From positions 19,066-58,329 of the forward strand of contig CAYTME010000005.1 of assembly GCA_964438415.1 (NCBI GenBank): a DNA stretch of 39,264 nt, given 5' to 3'. Shown piece after piece: positions 17,396 to 27,522 of this stretch. Position 1 is the stretch's first letter, and each line of letters begins with the position of its first letter. A program made the position numbers and the translations under genes. The notes below the pieces were generated by a model that saw only the letters and a list, made by a program, of their open reading frames with translations, was not told the DNA's origin and did not search any database. Origin of the DNA: an uncultured Pleurocapsa sp. (GTDB lineage Bacteria > Chloroflexota > Anaerolineae > Aggregatilineales > Phototrophicaceae).

Positions 17396-18406
17396 TTGCT
17401 TCAGCAAATCGCCGAGCGCTACCTACCTGAACTCGAGCGTACGATGCGAGCAGTCGTCGCACTCGCGCCCGATGCTCCCGACTTCGACACCATGCTTCAG
17501 TACCCGCTTGGTTGGGTCGATGAACACGGTCAGCCCTACGACAAACCTGCCGGCAAACGTATCCGGCCGCTGGTGGTGCTGCTGTGCGCAGAAGCAGCAG
17601 GCGGCGAGTGGCGCTCGGCACTCCCGGGCGCCGCTGCTGTTGAGCTGCTGCATAATTTCACGCTCGTGCATGACGATATCCAAGACGATAGCCAAACACG
17701 TCACGGTCGACCGACCGTATGGCAGGTTTGGGGGCGCCCGAACGCGATCAACGTTGGCGATGCCCTGTTCACGCTCGCTTACATCGCTCTTCAGCAGATG
17801 GAGGCAACCGTCAGCTCGCAGACTGCACTGCGCATTTGGGGGATTTTCAACCGGACGATGCTCGAACTCACGCGCGGCCAGCACCTCGATATGCGCTTCG
17901 AGCAGCAGCCCAGTGTCAGCATCGATGAGTATCTGATCATGATCCAGGGCAAGACCTCTGCGCTGCTGAGCGCCTGCGCCGAGATCGGCGCGCTGGCGGG
18001 CAGCGAAGATACTGAAAAGGCCGCCTATTATGCCGCCTATGGACTGAATCTAGGCGTCGCGTTTCAAATTCATGATGACATCCTCGGTATCTGGGGCGAT
18101 GAGGAGGTGACGGGGAAATCAACTGCGACCGATATCGTGTCGCGTAAAAAGTCACTGCCCGTCCTTTTCGGCCTGGAGCGCAGCGAGTCCCTAGCGCAGC
18201 TCTATGCCCAGCCTACGCTGAGTGAAGCCGATATCAAGCGCGCGACCGCGCTGCTGGACGAGGTGGGCGCGCGCGCTTACGCTGTACAGCTCGAAAACTA
18301 TTATTATCAGGCGGCGCTGGCCGCGCTTGAACGGGCCAATCCGCTTGGCGATGCCGCGCAGTGGCTGTACGGATTGACCGCCTGGCTGTTCCAGCGCAGC
18401 TATTGA
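17396..18406 (+). CDS. Short-chain polyprenyl diphosphate (FPP/GGPP, IdsA-like) synthase
   Basis: GKRIRP; FARM HNFTLVHDDIQD with Phe at -5; GQ.LD; KT; SARM FQIHDDILG. Confidence 0.92.
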   Translation: MLQQIAERYLPELERTMRAVVALAPDAPDFDTMLQYPLGWVDEHGQPYDKPAGKRIRPLVVLLCAEAAGGEWRSALPGAAAVELLHNFTLVHDDIQDDSQTRHGRPTVWQVWGRPNAINVGDALFTLAYIALQQMEATVSSQTALRIWGIFNRTMLELTRGQHLDMRFEQQPSVSIDEYLIMIQGKTSALLSACAEIGALAGSEDTEKAAYYAAYGLNLGVAFQIHDDILGIWGDEEVTGKSTATDIVSRKKSLPVLFGLERSESLAQLYAQPTLSEADIKRATALLDEVGARAYAVQLENYYYQAALAALERANPLGDAAQWLYGLTAWLFQRSY

Positions 18407-18478
18407 GCGGTGCCGAGTCACCCACGCCGCAATTCGGGTGTAGAGTGAAAGTAATGGTCTTTACCTTTACGGAGCACC

Positions 18479-20047
18479 GTGATGAAGAGTCGCAAATCGT
18501 TTATGTTTGCAGTTTTCTTTGCCATAGTCTTGACTCTGTCCGCGGGTACGATGCCGCTCGCGGCCCAAGGAGAACACCCAATCACCATCGGCCAGAACGT
18601 TCAGGGTGAAATCACCCGCCAACAGCCGGTCGTGACCTTCAGCCTGACCATCGATACACCTCAGGTTGTCACTGTGCAGGTGCTCGCGTTGACCGCGGGC
18701 TTCGCCCCGGCATACAGCATCATCGCCCCATCGGGCGCGGTCGCCCAAACGAACGCCAATCCCACCGATGCCAATGTCGTGCAAAATTCAGTTACCCTCG
18801 GCGAGGTCGGCACCTATACCATTCAGGTGCAGCGTGCCAGCGCAGCTCTCGGACAATTCGTCCTCAGTGTACAGGCAGGTGCAGCACTGCCACCGCCAAC
18901 ACCGCTCATCCTCGGGCAGGTGATTGCCGGCACGCTCGACCCACTGCTGCCCCCGCATCATTACAGTTTCTCGACCGTACCGAACGCGGTCGTGGTCGTC
19001 ACCGTACAGGCACAGCCCACACGGCTGAGCGGTCCGCTCGTCACGCTGCGCGATGCCGAAAACGATGAAACCATCGCGTTCAGCAGCGAGGGGTTGATCG
19101 GAACCAGCTATCGTCTGGCACCCGGCGAGCAGAGCTTCTCGCTGATCATCGCCAGCGGCAGCCAGACGGAACTGGAGGAATACCGCCTGTGCGTCGGCAC
19201 CGAGGGCGGACTCAATCCGTGTCCGCCGCTGACGGTCGCAGCCTTTGTCCCCACTGCGCCGCCGCTGCCCACGCCCACTCCCTTCATACCCGTAAATATT
19301 CCACCCAATGCACCCTGCCAAGCTGCGTCGGCCACCGGTGCGGTCATCAATGTGCGCAGCGCGCCGACGACCAACAGCAGCATCATCGGGCGGCTCAATC
19401 CGCTTACGACCGCGCTGGTCACCGGTCGTCTGCCCGACGGTAGTTGGTACCAGGTCAATTACAATGGCCTGACTGCCTGGATTTCGACCTCGGTCGTCAT
19501 CGCAGGCGGTGTCTGCACCAACATCCCAGTCGTCGTGCCAACGGGCGTCCCGACCACGTTCGTCAGCATCACACCACCGCCGCCGACAAATACCGCGCTC
19601 CCAATCCCGACCGACACGCCCGCAGTCGTGCCGACGCTCAACTTCAGCCTACCGCCTATCTTCGGCTCGACCACGCTCACGTCCGGTTTCGTGCCCGATC
19701 CGTTCACGGTTGGTTTGAACGCCGGTGGCCCGGTCAACGTCAGCTATTTGGGCGCAGGCTGCACAGGATACACGACCGCTGCGCCGACTTTCTCGGTCAA
19801 TTACGCTGCTGGAGCGTTCCCGCTGCTGCGCTTCTACTTCATCAGCGGAGTCGATACAACCATGATCATCAATACGCCAGGCGGCAGCTACGTCTGCGTC
19901 GACGACTCCTTCGGCACGCTCAACCCGGCGCTCGACTTCAACTCACCGCCGTCTGGACGCTACGACGTGTGGATCGGAACCTTTACGGCCGGCGGTGCAG
20001 CGAGCGGTACGCTCTACGTGACGGAAAACAGCGCCAATCGTCCCTGA
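18479..20047 (+). CDS. Secreted multidomain protein: two PPC-like beta-sandwiches, SH3b domain, Pro/Thr linkers, C-terminal beta domain
   Basis: Signal peptide; INVRSAP.T...IIG.L...GR..DGSWYQV.YNG..AWIS (SH3b); C-terminal SGF.PDP...C.G...C.DD...P.SGRYDVWIG. Confidence 0.75.
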   Translation: MMKSRKSFMFAVFFAIVLTLSAGTMPLAAQGEHPITIGQNVQGEITRQQPVVTFSLTIDTPQVVTVQVLALTAGFAPAYSIIAPSGAVAQTNANPTDANVVQNSVTLGEVGTYTIQVQRASAALGQFVLSVQAGAALPPPTPLILGQVIAGTLDPLLPPHHYSFSTVPNAVVVVTVQAQPTRLSGPLVTLRDAENDETIAFSSEGLIGTSYRLAPGEQSFSLIIASGSQTELEEYRLCVGTEGGLNPCPPLTVAAFVPTAPPLPTPTPFIPVNIPPNAPCQAASATGAVINVRSAPTTNSSIIGRLNPLTTALVTGRLPDGSWYQVNYNGLTAWISTSVVIAGGVCTNIPVVVPTGVPTTFVSITPPPPTNTALPIPTDTPAVVPTLNFSLPPIFGSTTLTSGFVPDPFTVGLNAGGPVNVSYLGAGCTGYTTAAPTFSVNYAAGAFPLLRFYFISGVDTTMIINTPGGSYVCVDDSFGTLNPALDFNSPPSGRYDVWIGTFTAGGAASGTLYVTENSANRP

Positions 20048-20071
20048 TGAAACGCGCGGATGCGCACACAA

Positions 20072-20100
20072 GTACCCCGTTTGACCCTCAGGCGGGGTAC
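20072..20100 (+). terminator. Intergenic hairpin
   Basis: GTACCCCGTTTGA-CCC-TCAGGCGGGGTAC: 13-bp stem with two G:U, 24 nt after the stop. Confidence 0.55.
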
Positions 20101-20141
20101 GACAGATGTATACACCAGAGGAAAATCTCGATAAGCTGAGC

Positions 20142-21263
20142 ATGAACACAACCGCTCACATCGCCCTACACCGTGTCGTCCTTCGTGTGATCATCGTCTG
20201 TGCGCTGGCAGTCGCCGTCATCATGATGGTTACGCTCACGGCGGCACCCCTGCTGCCGCATGCCGGGCAAATCGTCTACAACGCACGGGCTGGCGGTGTC
20301 CAGGCGCTCTACCTGCTCGACACCGAGCGCCTCCTCCGCCACCCGCTCGTGCGTCAGGATGCTGGTTCCTATCTGCCGAGCTGGTCAGCCGATGGCGCAC
20401 AGCTCGCCTACATCGCCCCGCCGGCGACAGAGGGTGATGTGGCGACCATCGCACGCATCTACCCTGCCCGCAATCTGCTCGAACCGCTCTTCCGTCCTCA
20501 TCCTCAGCCAGGTGTCATCCGTGGAGAAGCGATCTGGTCGCCCAGTGCGAACGACCTTGTGTTCACCTATGCGCACTTGCCCGGAGACGCGCCTGGCAGC
20601 AGCGAACTCCAGCTTATCCAGCTCGACCTGCAAAGCGGCACGGTCGCTTCGATGCCGATGTACCCGGAGTTTGCTCCGCTCACGACCAGCTATCTTCGGC
20701 TGGATGAGCGCTGGCTGCGCAGCGTTGCAGTGAGTGCGCGATATGTCGTCCTCCGCGATTTCGACTTGCGCACGTTCGAGACTCCGAGTCGGCGCCTCCA
20801 GATCTGGGAGGTCGATTTTGTCTCGCTGCTGCCGCCCGCTCTCTCACCGGATGGCCTGCACTTCCTCGTCCCGGCAGTCAGCAGCCAGATGCGCAGCTTC
20901 GACCTCTACCTCTTCACTATCGGCCAAGCAGCTTTCACCAACCTGACGAACGATGTTCGCAGCAACGAGACTCAACCCACCTGGTCTCCAGACGGGAAGC
21001 AGATCGCCTACAAAATGCTCACAGGTGCAGGGCAGATGCTCGTCGTCTCTACGATCGACGGCGGCGACACACGCGTCCTGTTTCGCCACTCGACCGCCCG
21101 TATCGCCGACCTGCGCTGGTCGCCAGATGCTAGCAGGATCGCATTCTTGGTAACAATGCCGGGACAGTACGAGCTGTGCATCGTCACGCTTGCCGACGGC
21201 ATGATCGAGTGTCCCGTCAGTGCCGAACGGATCGCCGAGACAGCCTGGCGCCCTTCATCGTGA
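20142..21263 (+). CDS. Membrane-anchored TolB-like (PD40) beta-propeller protein
   Basis: N-terminal hydrophobic segment; PSWSADG, WSPS, LSPDG, PTWSPDGKQIAY, WSPDA, AWRP end. Alternative start 20106. Confidence 0.8.
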   Translation: MNTTAHIALHRVVLRVIIVCALAVAVIMMVTLTAAPLLPHAGQIVYNARAGGVQALYLLDTERLLRHPLVRQDAGSYLPSWSADGAQLAYIAPPATEGDVATIARIYPARNLLEPLFRPHPQPGVIRGEAIWSPSANDLVFTYAHLPGDAPGSSELQLIQLDLQSGTVASMPMYPEFAPLTTSYLRLDERWLRSVAVSARYVVLRDFDLRTFETPSRRLQIWEVDFVSLLPPALSPDGLHFLVPAVSSQMRSFDLYLFTIGQAAFTNLTNDVRSNETQPTWSPDGKQIAYKMLTGAGQMLVVSTIDGGDTRVLFRHSTARIADLRWSPDASRIAFLVTMPGQYELCIVTLADGMIECPVSAERIAETAWRPSS

Positions 21264-22307
21264 CTGAGAGAAACGAACAGCATATTTGATGACATCGTTC
21301 GGACGCGAACGTATGTCACTCAGCACATGGACAGCTTGCTCGAAATCCACCATGTGATTGACAAGACCCGGCACCGCGAGCCGCCGGCTCTGTATCAATG
21401 CGGCGAGACAGTCATATGCCCGCTGATCTGTCCAACGCGGGTAGTCGCGCGGCGGATGCCCCCAGCCGCAGCCGTGTGGCACGATCATGGTCAGCCGATT
21501 GTGATGCCACTCCTGACCAAGCCAAAGGCCTCGCGCATCACCTTGATAGAATCCGGCCGAACATACCGTCCCACCGACGCGTGCCAAGCGGATCGCCGTA
21601 TGCAGAGCCGTGTAATTCCCGCTCAGCTCGACGGCAACATCGACGCCGAATTCGCCGCTGAGCCTACCAAGCGCCAGCGCGGGATCGTCTTGCGTCGGAT
21701 CGAGCGTTAGGTGCGCGCCAAACTCCGCGGCTAACTGCCGCCGCGCGGGCAGCGGATCGATCGCCAAAACTAGTTCCGCGCCCGCATCAACCGCCAGACG
21801 CACCGCGAGCAAGCCGAGTGCCCCCAAACCGACAACGGCAACACGATCGCCGTAACGCACATTCGACTCACGGATGCAGTGGAATGCGACGAATGCGGGT
21901 TCAATGCACAAAGCATCGAGCGGATCGGCGTCCCTCAAGTGCCAGAGCCGATCCTGCGCGCAAATGTTGATCTCACGAATATCCATCCGCCCGAAAACGC
22001 GGTCACCGGGGCGAAATCGGGTCACGTCGGCTCCGACCGTCTCGACAATCCCAACGCCAACTGTCCCCAGCTCCCAGGGCGCTTCCAGTGATGGTGGCAA
22101 GCCCCCCAGAGCATTTGAGACGAACAACCGCCGTTCCGGATCGAAATACCCGCCCGTTTGTGCTTGTTCGAGCAGCGCGAGTGTCGTCCCATGTTTGCCG
22201 GAAGCGTATTCGGTTTGGACGCGCACTTGTCCGGCATCGAGCGGCGGCAGCGCGAAATCGAGAATATCCAGCCGATCCAGCCCGGTGATCGCAAGACGAC
22301 GCGGCAT
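21255..22307 (-). CDS. Medium-chain dehydrogenase/reductase (BchC-like subgroup, probable sugar dehydrogenase)
   Basis: GroES-like VG..V..F.PGDRV; Rossmann GLGALG; lacks the classical GHE zinc motif. Confidence 0.85.
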   Translation of the reverse strand: MPRRLAITGLDRLDILDFALPPLDAGQVRVQTEYASGKHGTTLALLEQAQTGGYFDPERRLFVSNALGGLPPSLEAPWELGTVGVGIVETVGADVTRFRPGDRVFGRMDIREINICAQDRLWHLRDADPLDALCIEPAFVAFHCIRESNVRYGDRVAVVGLGALGLLAVRLAVDAGAELVLAIDPLPARRQLAAEFGAHLTLDPTQDDPALALGRLSGEFGVDVAVELSGNYTALHTAIRLARVGGTVCSAGFYQGDARGLWLGQEWHHNRLTMIVPHGCGWGHPPRDYPRWTDQRAYDCLAALIQSRRLAVPGLVNHMVDFEQAVHVLSDIRSRPNDVIKYAVRFSQSR

Positions 22308-22309
22308 GT

Positions 22310-23161
22310 TTACGCCCCGCTCCACCAGCTTTGAAGTCGCCTTACTGTCTCGGGCAGACTCCGCGCCGCATCCTGGCCGACACTGCATTCAAGAGACATC
22401 CAACCCTCGTACCGATTCGACCGCAGCATCTGAAACACCGACGCGAAGTCCGTATGGCCGTGCCCTGGAAGCTGACGATTGCTGTCTGCCAAATGCAGAT
22501 AGCCGATCGCCGTGCGCTCGTCATGCAGCACGCCGGTAATGCTGGTCTCCTCAATATTCATGTGATACAAATCGGCCAGCACGCCCAGCCGAGGATGACT
22601 CAGGCCGCGGCAGAGTGTAGCGGCCTGCTCAATGCGGTTCAGGAACCAGGCTTCGTATCGATTGAGCGGCTCCAGTAAGACGCGCGCGCGACCATCCGGC
22701 GTGCGTTCCAGCGCCTGCTCGATCATCGCGACCGTCAACCGTGATGCAGCTTCGTGTTCAGTCAGCACAGGTGACAAATCGGGCATCCGCTGTGGACTGC
22801 GCACCGGCACGACGATCACCCCTGACGCGCCCAGGCGGTCCGCCAGCAGCAGCAGCTCGACGAGCCGATCAAGTCGGTGCTTGCGCTCGGCGGCATCAGG
22901 ATGGACGAAGTCATCTGGACGATGAGTGCACAATGCAGAGATCCTCAGGCCGCTGGCGCGCATCGCCTGCTCGATCTCGATGGCACACTCAGGCAGGGAA
23001 GCGCTAAAACCCCAAGCTGTCAGTTCCACTCCTTGAAAACCGTAGGCTCTGGCATTGGCGAAACGCTCGTGTAGATCGCGCCCCGGAATTAGATGATGCT
23101 GAACGGCGAATTCCGGCGCGGCATCCGCCGCTGCGCCGACCGCTGTGTCGATCTCGACCAT
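22310..23161 (-). CDS. Sugar phosphate isomerase/epimerase (xylose-isomerase-like TIM barrel)
   Basis: LEPLNRYE, ADLYHM, HLADSNR..PG.G..DF, SLEC; ATG 23161 with AGGA RBS. Confidence 0.9.
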   Translation of the reverse strand: MVEIDTAVGAAADAAPEFAVQHHLIPGRDLHERFANARAYGFQGVELTAWGFSASLPECAIEIEQAMRASGLRISALCTHRPDDFVHPDAAERKHRLDRLVELLLLADRLGASGVIVVPVRSPQRMPDLSPVLTEHEAASRLTVAMIEQALERTPDGRARVLLEPLNRYEAWFLNRIEQAATLCRGLSHPRLGVLADLYHMNIEETSITGVLHDERTAIGYLHLADSNRQLPGHGHTDFASVFQMLRSNRYEGWMSLECSVGQDAARSLPETVRRLQSWWSGA

Positions 23162-23243
23162 GTCATCCTGTTCCCTAACCATGCGCACCGAATACGCGCA
23201 TTTAGCGCTCAAGTCTTTGAACAGCGCATGTTTGTATCCTGTC

Positions 23244-24437
23244 TCACACCAGCTCTCGAAAAACGACATTGCTCAGCAGGCGTCCGTGCGCTGTCAGTCG
23301 AACGCGAGCAGCATCTACCTGGAGCAGCCCCTGCGCCGCAAATCGCTCGATGACAGGGCGGTGCAGCTCGACCAGATCGACCCCGAAGCGGCGCATGAAA
23401 CGATCCCGGTCTACACCCTCCCGTGTCAAACGCAGCCACATGATCAGCGTCTCGGCGATCTCGTCATCACGGTCGAGCACATACGCCTCAGCTACAGCGG
23501 GTGTGCGCGGCCACGCAGAGATATCCGCTGGCGTATCACCCATCAGCATCTTGATATAGCGATGTGGTGAGGGAACGACCGAGTAGCGCACACCGCCTGC
23601 AAAACCATGTGCGCCCGGCCCCAGACCGAGATATGACTCGTTATACCAGTACTGCAAGTTGTGGCGGCACTCGCGTCCAGGTCGCGCCCAGTTGCTGATC
23701 TCGTACTGGCTGTAACCTGCTGCGCCCAAAACCTCAGCGGCCAGCTCGTACATGTCCGCAGCCAAGTCGTCATCCGGCGCGGGCAGAGTGCCCCGCTCGA
23801 CCCACTTCCGCATGGACGTGCCTTCTTCGAGGCCTAGGGCGTAGAGCGAGATGTGATCCGGCGCGAGCGCGGCCGCCTGGCGCAGAGTGGCCGTCCACGA
23901 TGTTATCGTTTGATGAGGCACACCGTAGATCAGATCGAGGTTGATATTGTCGAAGCCGGAAGCCCGCGCCGCCGCCACCGCACGCACGACGGCTTCGTTG
24001 TCGTGATGGCGGTTGAACAAGCGCAGCTCTGTCTCATCCGATGACTGCATCCCGATGCTCAAGCGATTGATGCCCAAGCGGCGAAGTGCGCCCAAATATT
24101 CACGACTCAAGTCGTTCGGATTCGCCTCGATCGTGATTTCAGCGTCATCCGCCACGTTAAACTGGCCGTGCAGCGACTCTAGGATAAACGCAAATTGGTC
24201 CGGCGTCAGCAAGCTCGGCGTACCGCCACCGAAAAAGATCGTATGCACGGTCTGCCCATCTGCACCAGTCGCCGCCCAGCGGATCTCCTCGACCAGCGCC
24301 TCGACAAAGGCAGGCACCAGATGCTCGAGATGTGTGTAAGTATTGAACGCACAATACGAGCAGCGTGTGGCGCAGAACGGGATATGCAAATAAACCGATA
24401 GATTACCTGACACCAACGCTTTTTCACGATCTCCCAA
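23244..24437 (-). CDS. hemW: Radical SAM heme chaperone HemW
   Basis: YLHIPFC..RCSYC, FFGGGTPS, YEISN and the HNLQYW (HNxxYW) signature. Confidence 0.9.
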   Translation of the reverse strand: MGDREKALVSGNLSVYLHIPFCATRCSYCAFNTYTHLEHLVPAFVEALVEEIRWAATGADGQTVHTIFFGGGTPSLLTPDQFAFILESLHGQFNVADDAEITIEANPNDLSREYLGALRRLGINRLSIGMQSSDETELRLFNRHHDNEAVVRAVAAARASGFDNINLDLIYGVPHQTITSWTATLRQAAALAPDHISLYALGLEEGTSMRKWVERGTLPAPDDDLAADMYELAAEVLGAAGYSQYEISNWARPGRECRHNLQYWYNESYLGLGPGAHGFAGGVRYSVVPSPHRYIKMLMGDTPADISAWPRTPAVAEAYVLDRDDEIAETLIMWLRLTREGVDRDRFMRRFGVDLVELHRPVIERFAAQGLLQVDAARVRLTAHGRLLSNVVFRELV

Positions 24438-24462
24438 TGCTTCTTACCCCGCATATCGTTAA

Positions 24463-24491
24463 TTGCTCGATTCTCGCTGGTAAACTATAAT
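24463..24491 (+). promoter_or_regulatory. Sigma70-type promoter of the kinase operon
   Basis: TTGCTC-N17-TATAAT. Confidence 0.65.
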
Positions 24492-24558
24492 CAATCAAGA
24501 TGGAGGGTGGCGGCATCATTGTGTCATCGGCGCCTTTCCTAGTCATCGAGTGTTATCC

Positions 24559-26508
24559 ATGCCAGAAACGACCCAATTCGAGGGGATGCTCTCCCAGGGC
24601 GGCCCTAACGATACTACACTCAAACCTAACTCCGTATTACATAACCGCTACAAGATCATGGGCGTGCTTGGCGGTGGCGGTATGGGAACGGTCTACCAAG
24701 CACGCGATCTGAATTTCCCCGACGTGCGCAAACTTGTCGCCATCAAGGAAATGCTGCTGCTCAGCAATGAGCCGGCTGTACGAGCGTCGGCGCTCAAGAC
24801 ATTCCGCCGTGAAGCCAACATTTTGGCGACCTTGAGCCACCCTGCCATTCCAAAAATCTTCGATTTCTTCGACATCAATGATCGCGCCTACCTGGTGATG
24901 GAATACATTAATGGTGGAGACCTCGAAGTCATCCTGAGCAAAACGCGCGATCTACCGGTTGAGAAGGTCATCGAGTGGGCGATCGCCCTGTGCGACGTGC
25001 TCGACTATCTCCATCGGCATGAACCGGAACCGATCATTTTTCGCGACATGAAACCCCCCAACGTCATGATCGACAGTCGGGGTGAAGTTCGCTTGATCGA
25101 CTTCGGCATCGCCAAGACATTTGTCGCCGGTGTCAAGCACACGATGATCGGCACAGAAGGGTATTCAGCGCCAGAACAGTACAAAGGGGATGTAACGCCC
25201 CTCAGCGACATCTACAGTCTTGGCGCAACACTGCACCATATCCTGACACGGAAGGACCCGCGGTTGGAGCCGCCTTTCAGCTTCCACGAGCGGCCGATCC
25301 AGAACTTCAATCCGAACGTGCCCGAAGAGATGGTCAGGATCATCGAAAAGGCGCTCGCTTTTAAACCTGAAGACCGCTACGCAAGCTGCGCAGAGATGCG
25401 CGAAGACCTCGATATGCTGCGCTTCCGCCGCAAAGGCGGCATCGTGCTTGGAACTCCCACACAAGCCGGTCAGGCGGCGGCCAACGGGGTCGCACCCGCC
25501 ACCTCAACGTTCGAAATGAGTGGTTCAGCCGGTGGTCTCCAACCCAAATGGGTTTTCAAAACAGAAGACGAAATCCGCACCAGTCCGGCACTCTGGAATG
25601 AGCTGGTCTTCTCAGGCTCCTACGACACCAATATGTGGGCGCTCAAGGTCGACAGCGGCGAACTCGTGTGGAAATATCCCACCAATGGCGGGATCGCCTC
25701 ATCGCCCGTCGTCGATGCCCAAAATCGCTTGGTCATCTTCGGCTCGGAGGATTACCGCATCCACGCCCTCGACACACGGACAGGGCGCATGAGCTGGACG
25801 TTTGCGACCAAGGATCGCATCCGCAGCACGCCGCGCGTTGAACACAATCACGTCTTCTTCGGCAGCGACGATGGCAAAGTATATGCACTCAACGCCATTA
25901 ACGGACGCAAGATCTGGGAATTCGACATGGCCGCGCCAGTGCGCTGTCGTCCGTTCGTCACCAACGACCTGGTCATTGTCGGCTGTGAAACGGGCGAAAT
26001 CTATGCCCTGAGCCTCTCAGGCCAGCGTAAGTGGAACGTGCGGACGAAAAAGAGCGTGATGTCTGGCCCAATCGTCGATGCCAAAGAAGGCATCTGCTAC
26101 GTCGGCTCGTCGGATGGTTACATGTACGCGCTGGACGCCAACACGGGTTACAATAGCTGGCGCTTCCGCACCGTAGGCCCCATCTTCTCGTCGGCTGTGC
26201 TGCACAACGGCTATGTTTACTTTGGATCGGCAGATGGGCATCTGTACGCAGTTAATGCCCAATCTGGACGTGAACGCTGGAAGTTCAAGACCGACAAACC
26301 GGTCGTCGGTTCACCAACCATCTTTCAGAATGCCATCTACTTTGGAAGCAGCGATGAGTACCTATACTGTCTTGACGTAGAAAATGGGCGAGAACGGTGG
26401 CGATTCAAGACCGGCGGCCCGATCACGTCCACACCGCTCATCGCCGGAGACATCCTCATTTTCGGCTCGTTCGATCACAGCCTTTACGCCTTACCTCTCG
26501 TGACTTGA
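24559..26508 (+). CDS. Hanks-type Ser/Thr kinase with C-terminal PQQ-like beta-propeller; no TM helix
   Basis: GGGGMGTVY, VAIKE, FRDMKPPN, DFG, GTEGYSAPE; about 8 SSP...V.FGS.D...YAL....G...W repeats. Confidence 0.95.
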   Translation: MPETTQFEGMLSQGGPNDTTLKPNSVLHNRYKIMGVLGGGGMGTVYQARDLNFPDVRKLVAIKEMLLLSNEPAVRASALKTFRREANILATLSHPAIPKIFDFFDINDRAYLVMEYINGGDLEVILSKTRDLPVEKVIEWAIALCDVLDYLHRHEPEPIIFRDMKPPNVMIDSRGEVRLIDFGIAKTFVAGVKHTMIGTEGYSAPEQYKGDVTPLSDIYSLGATLHHILTRKDPRLEPPFSFHERPIQNFNPNVPEEMVRIIEKALAFKPEDRYASCAEMREDLDMLRFRRKGGIVLGTPTQAGQAAANGVAPATSTFEMSGSAGGLQPKWVFKTEDEIRTSPALWNELVFSGSYDTNMWALKVDSGELVWKYPTNGGIASSPVVDAQNRLVIFGSEDYRIHALDTRTGRMSWTFATKDRIRSTPRVEHNHVFFGSDDGKVYALNAINGRKIWEFDMAAPVRCRPFVTNDLVIVGCETGEIYALSLSGQRKWNVRTKKSVMSGPIVDAKEGICYVGSSDGYMYALDANTGYNSWRFRTVGPIFSSAVLHNGYVYFGSADGHLYAVNAQSGRERWKFKTDKPVVGSPTIFQNAIYFGSSDEYLYCLDVENGRERWRFKTGGPITSTPLIAGDILIFGSFDHSLYALPLVT

Positions 26509-26552
26509 TATACCCTGACATTGTTTTGCAGATTGAAGTGGAGCCGTGCAGG

Positions 26553-27497
26553 ATGAACGTTTTTCGCCGCTTCTTCAGCCAGTCGGATCATGAGCCTGGA
26601 AAGACAAACACTGTGCCTTCAGAAAATGGAACTGCTAACGACATAGACGAGAATGGCACAAACCCGCTCCCGCTCATGGACGGCATCACACGTCCGCTGA
26701 CGGCTGAGGATGAAACGCCGGCACTGCTTTTAGCTCATCTAATGTATGGACAAGCAAGTGATCTGGGTATCGTGCGCAAGAACAACCAAGATGCCGCTCA
26801 GTCCTTCCTCTCGACCTGTGCCTCTACAGACGTTCGGCCCGATTTCGGGGTATTCATCGTCGCCGATGGCATGGGCGGCCATCACGATGGAGAAATCGCA
26901 TCTGCTATTGCCGCGCGCACCGTCATTAATGAAATTGTACGCCGCATCTTTCTACCGATGGTGAGCGGTGCTGACGAAGAGCGACCACCCATAGCTGAAG
27001 CTCTCGACGCTGCGATCATGAAGGCGAATGCCGAAGTCGTTCGTTCGGTGCCAGACGGCGGCACGACCCTGACGGCCGCCGTGATCATTGGGGATTTGGC
27101 TTGCATCGGCCATGTCGGAGACAGCCGCGCCTACCTGATCGATCAACGTTCAGCGGAGCAAATCACACGCGACCACTCCTATGTGCAGCGCCTGTTCGAA
27201 TTGGGCCAAATTGACGCATCAGACACAAGCACGCATCCGATCAAGAACGTACTCTATCGGGCGCTCGGCCAGACCGACAGCTTGGAAGTCGATATATCCA
27301 CACGGCGTCTGCCTGCCAATTCACATTTACTCCTTTGCAGCGACGGCTTGTGGGGACAGGTTAAAGACTCGGAAATCGTGCGCATCGTCAATCAACACGA
27401 GAACCCACAAGCAGCCTGCCTCGATTTGATCGCATTGGCAAATCAGCGCGGCGGGATCGACAATGTGACTGCGATCTTGGTTCAAGTGCCCGGCTAA
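26553..27497 (+). CDS. PP2C/PPM Ser/Thr phosphatase with N-terminal extension
   Basis: R.NNQD, VADGMGG, GTTLT, GDSRAY, CSDGL, GG.DNVT. Confidence 0.95.
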   Translation: MNVFRRFFSQSDHEPGKTNTVPSENGTANDIDENGTNPLPLMDGITRPLTAEDETPALLLAHLMYGQASDLGIVRKNNQDAAQSFLSTCASTDVRPDFGVFIVADGMGGHHDGEIASAIAARTVINEIVRRIFLPMVSGADEERPPIAEALDAAIMKANAEVVRSVPDGGTTLTAAVIIGDLACIGHVGDSRAYLIDQRSAEQITRDHSYVQRLFELGQIDASDTSTHPIKNVLYRALGQTDSLEVDISTRRLPANSHLLLCSDGLWGQVKDSEIVRIVNQHENPQAACLDLIALANQRGGIDNVTAILVQVPG

Positions 27498-27522
27498 GTG
27501 CTTTTACCACAGATGAGTCGTT

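Noticed and set aside
13060-22307. Phototrophy signal from ChlI-like ATPase, BchC-like MDR, GGPP synthase and HemN-like genes
   Set aside because: All belong to broad families common in non-phototrophs. There are no bchH/D, puf or crt genes, and the MDR is paired with a sugar isomerase.
23244-24437. HemN coproporphyrinogen dehydrogenase
   Set aside because: The HNxxYW motif and lack of an N-terminal extension indicate HemW.
25030-25065. Pseudokinase because HRD reads FRD
   Set aside because: The catalytic Asp, Lys, Asn, DFG and VAIK are intact; Y/FRD variants are common in bacterial Hanks kinases.
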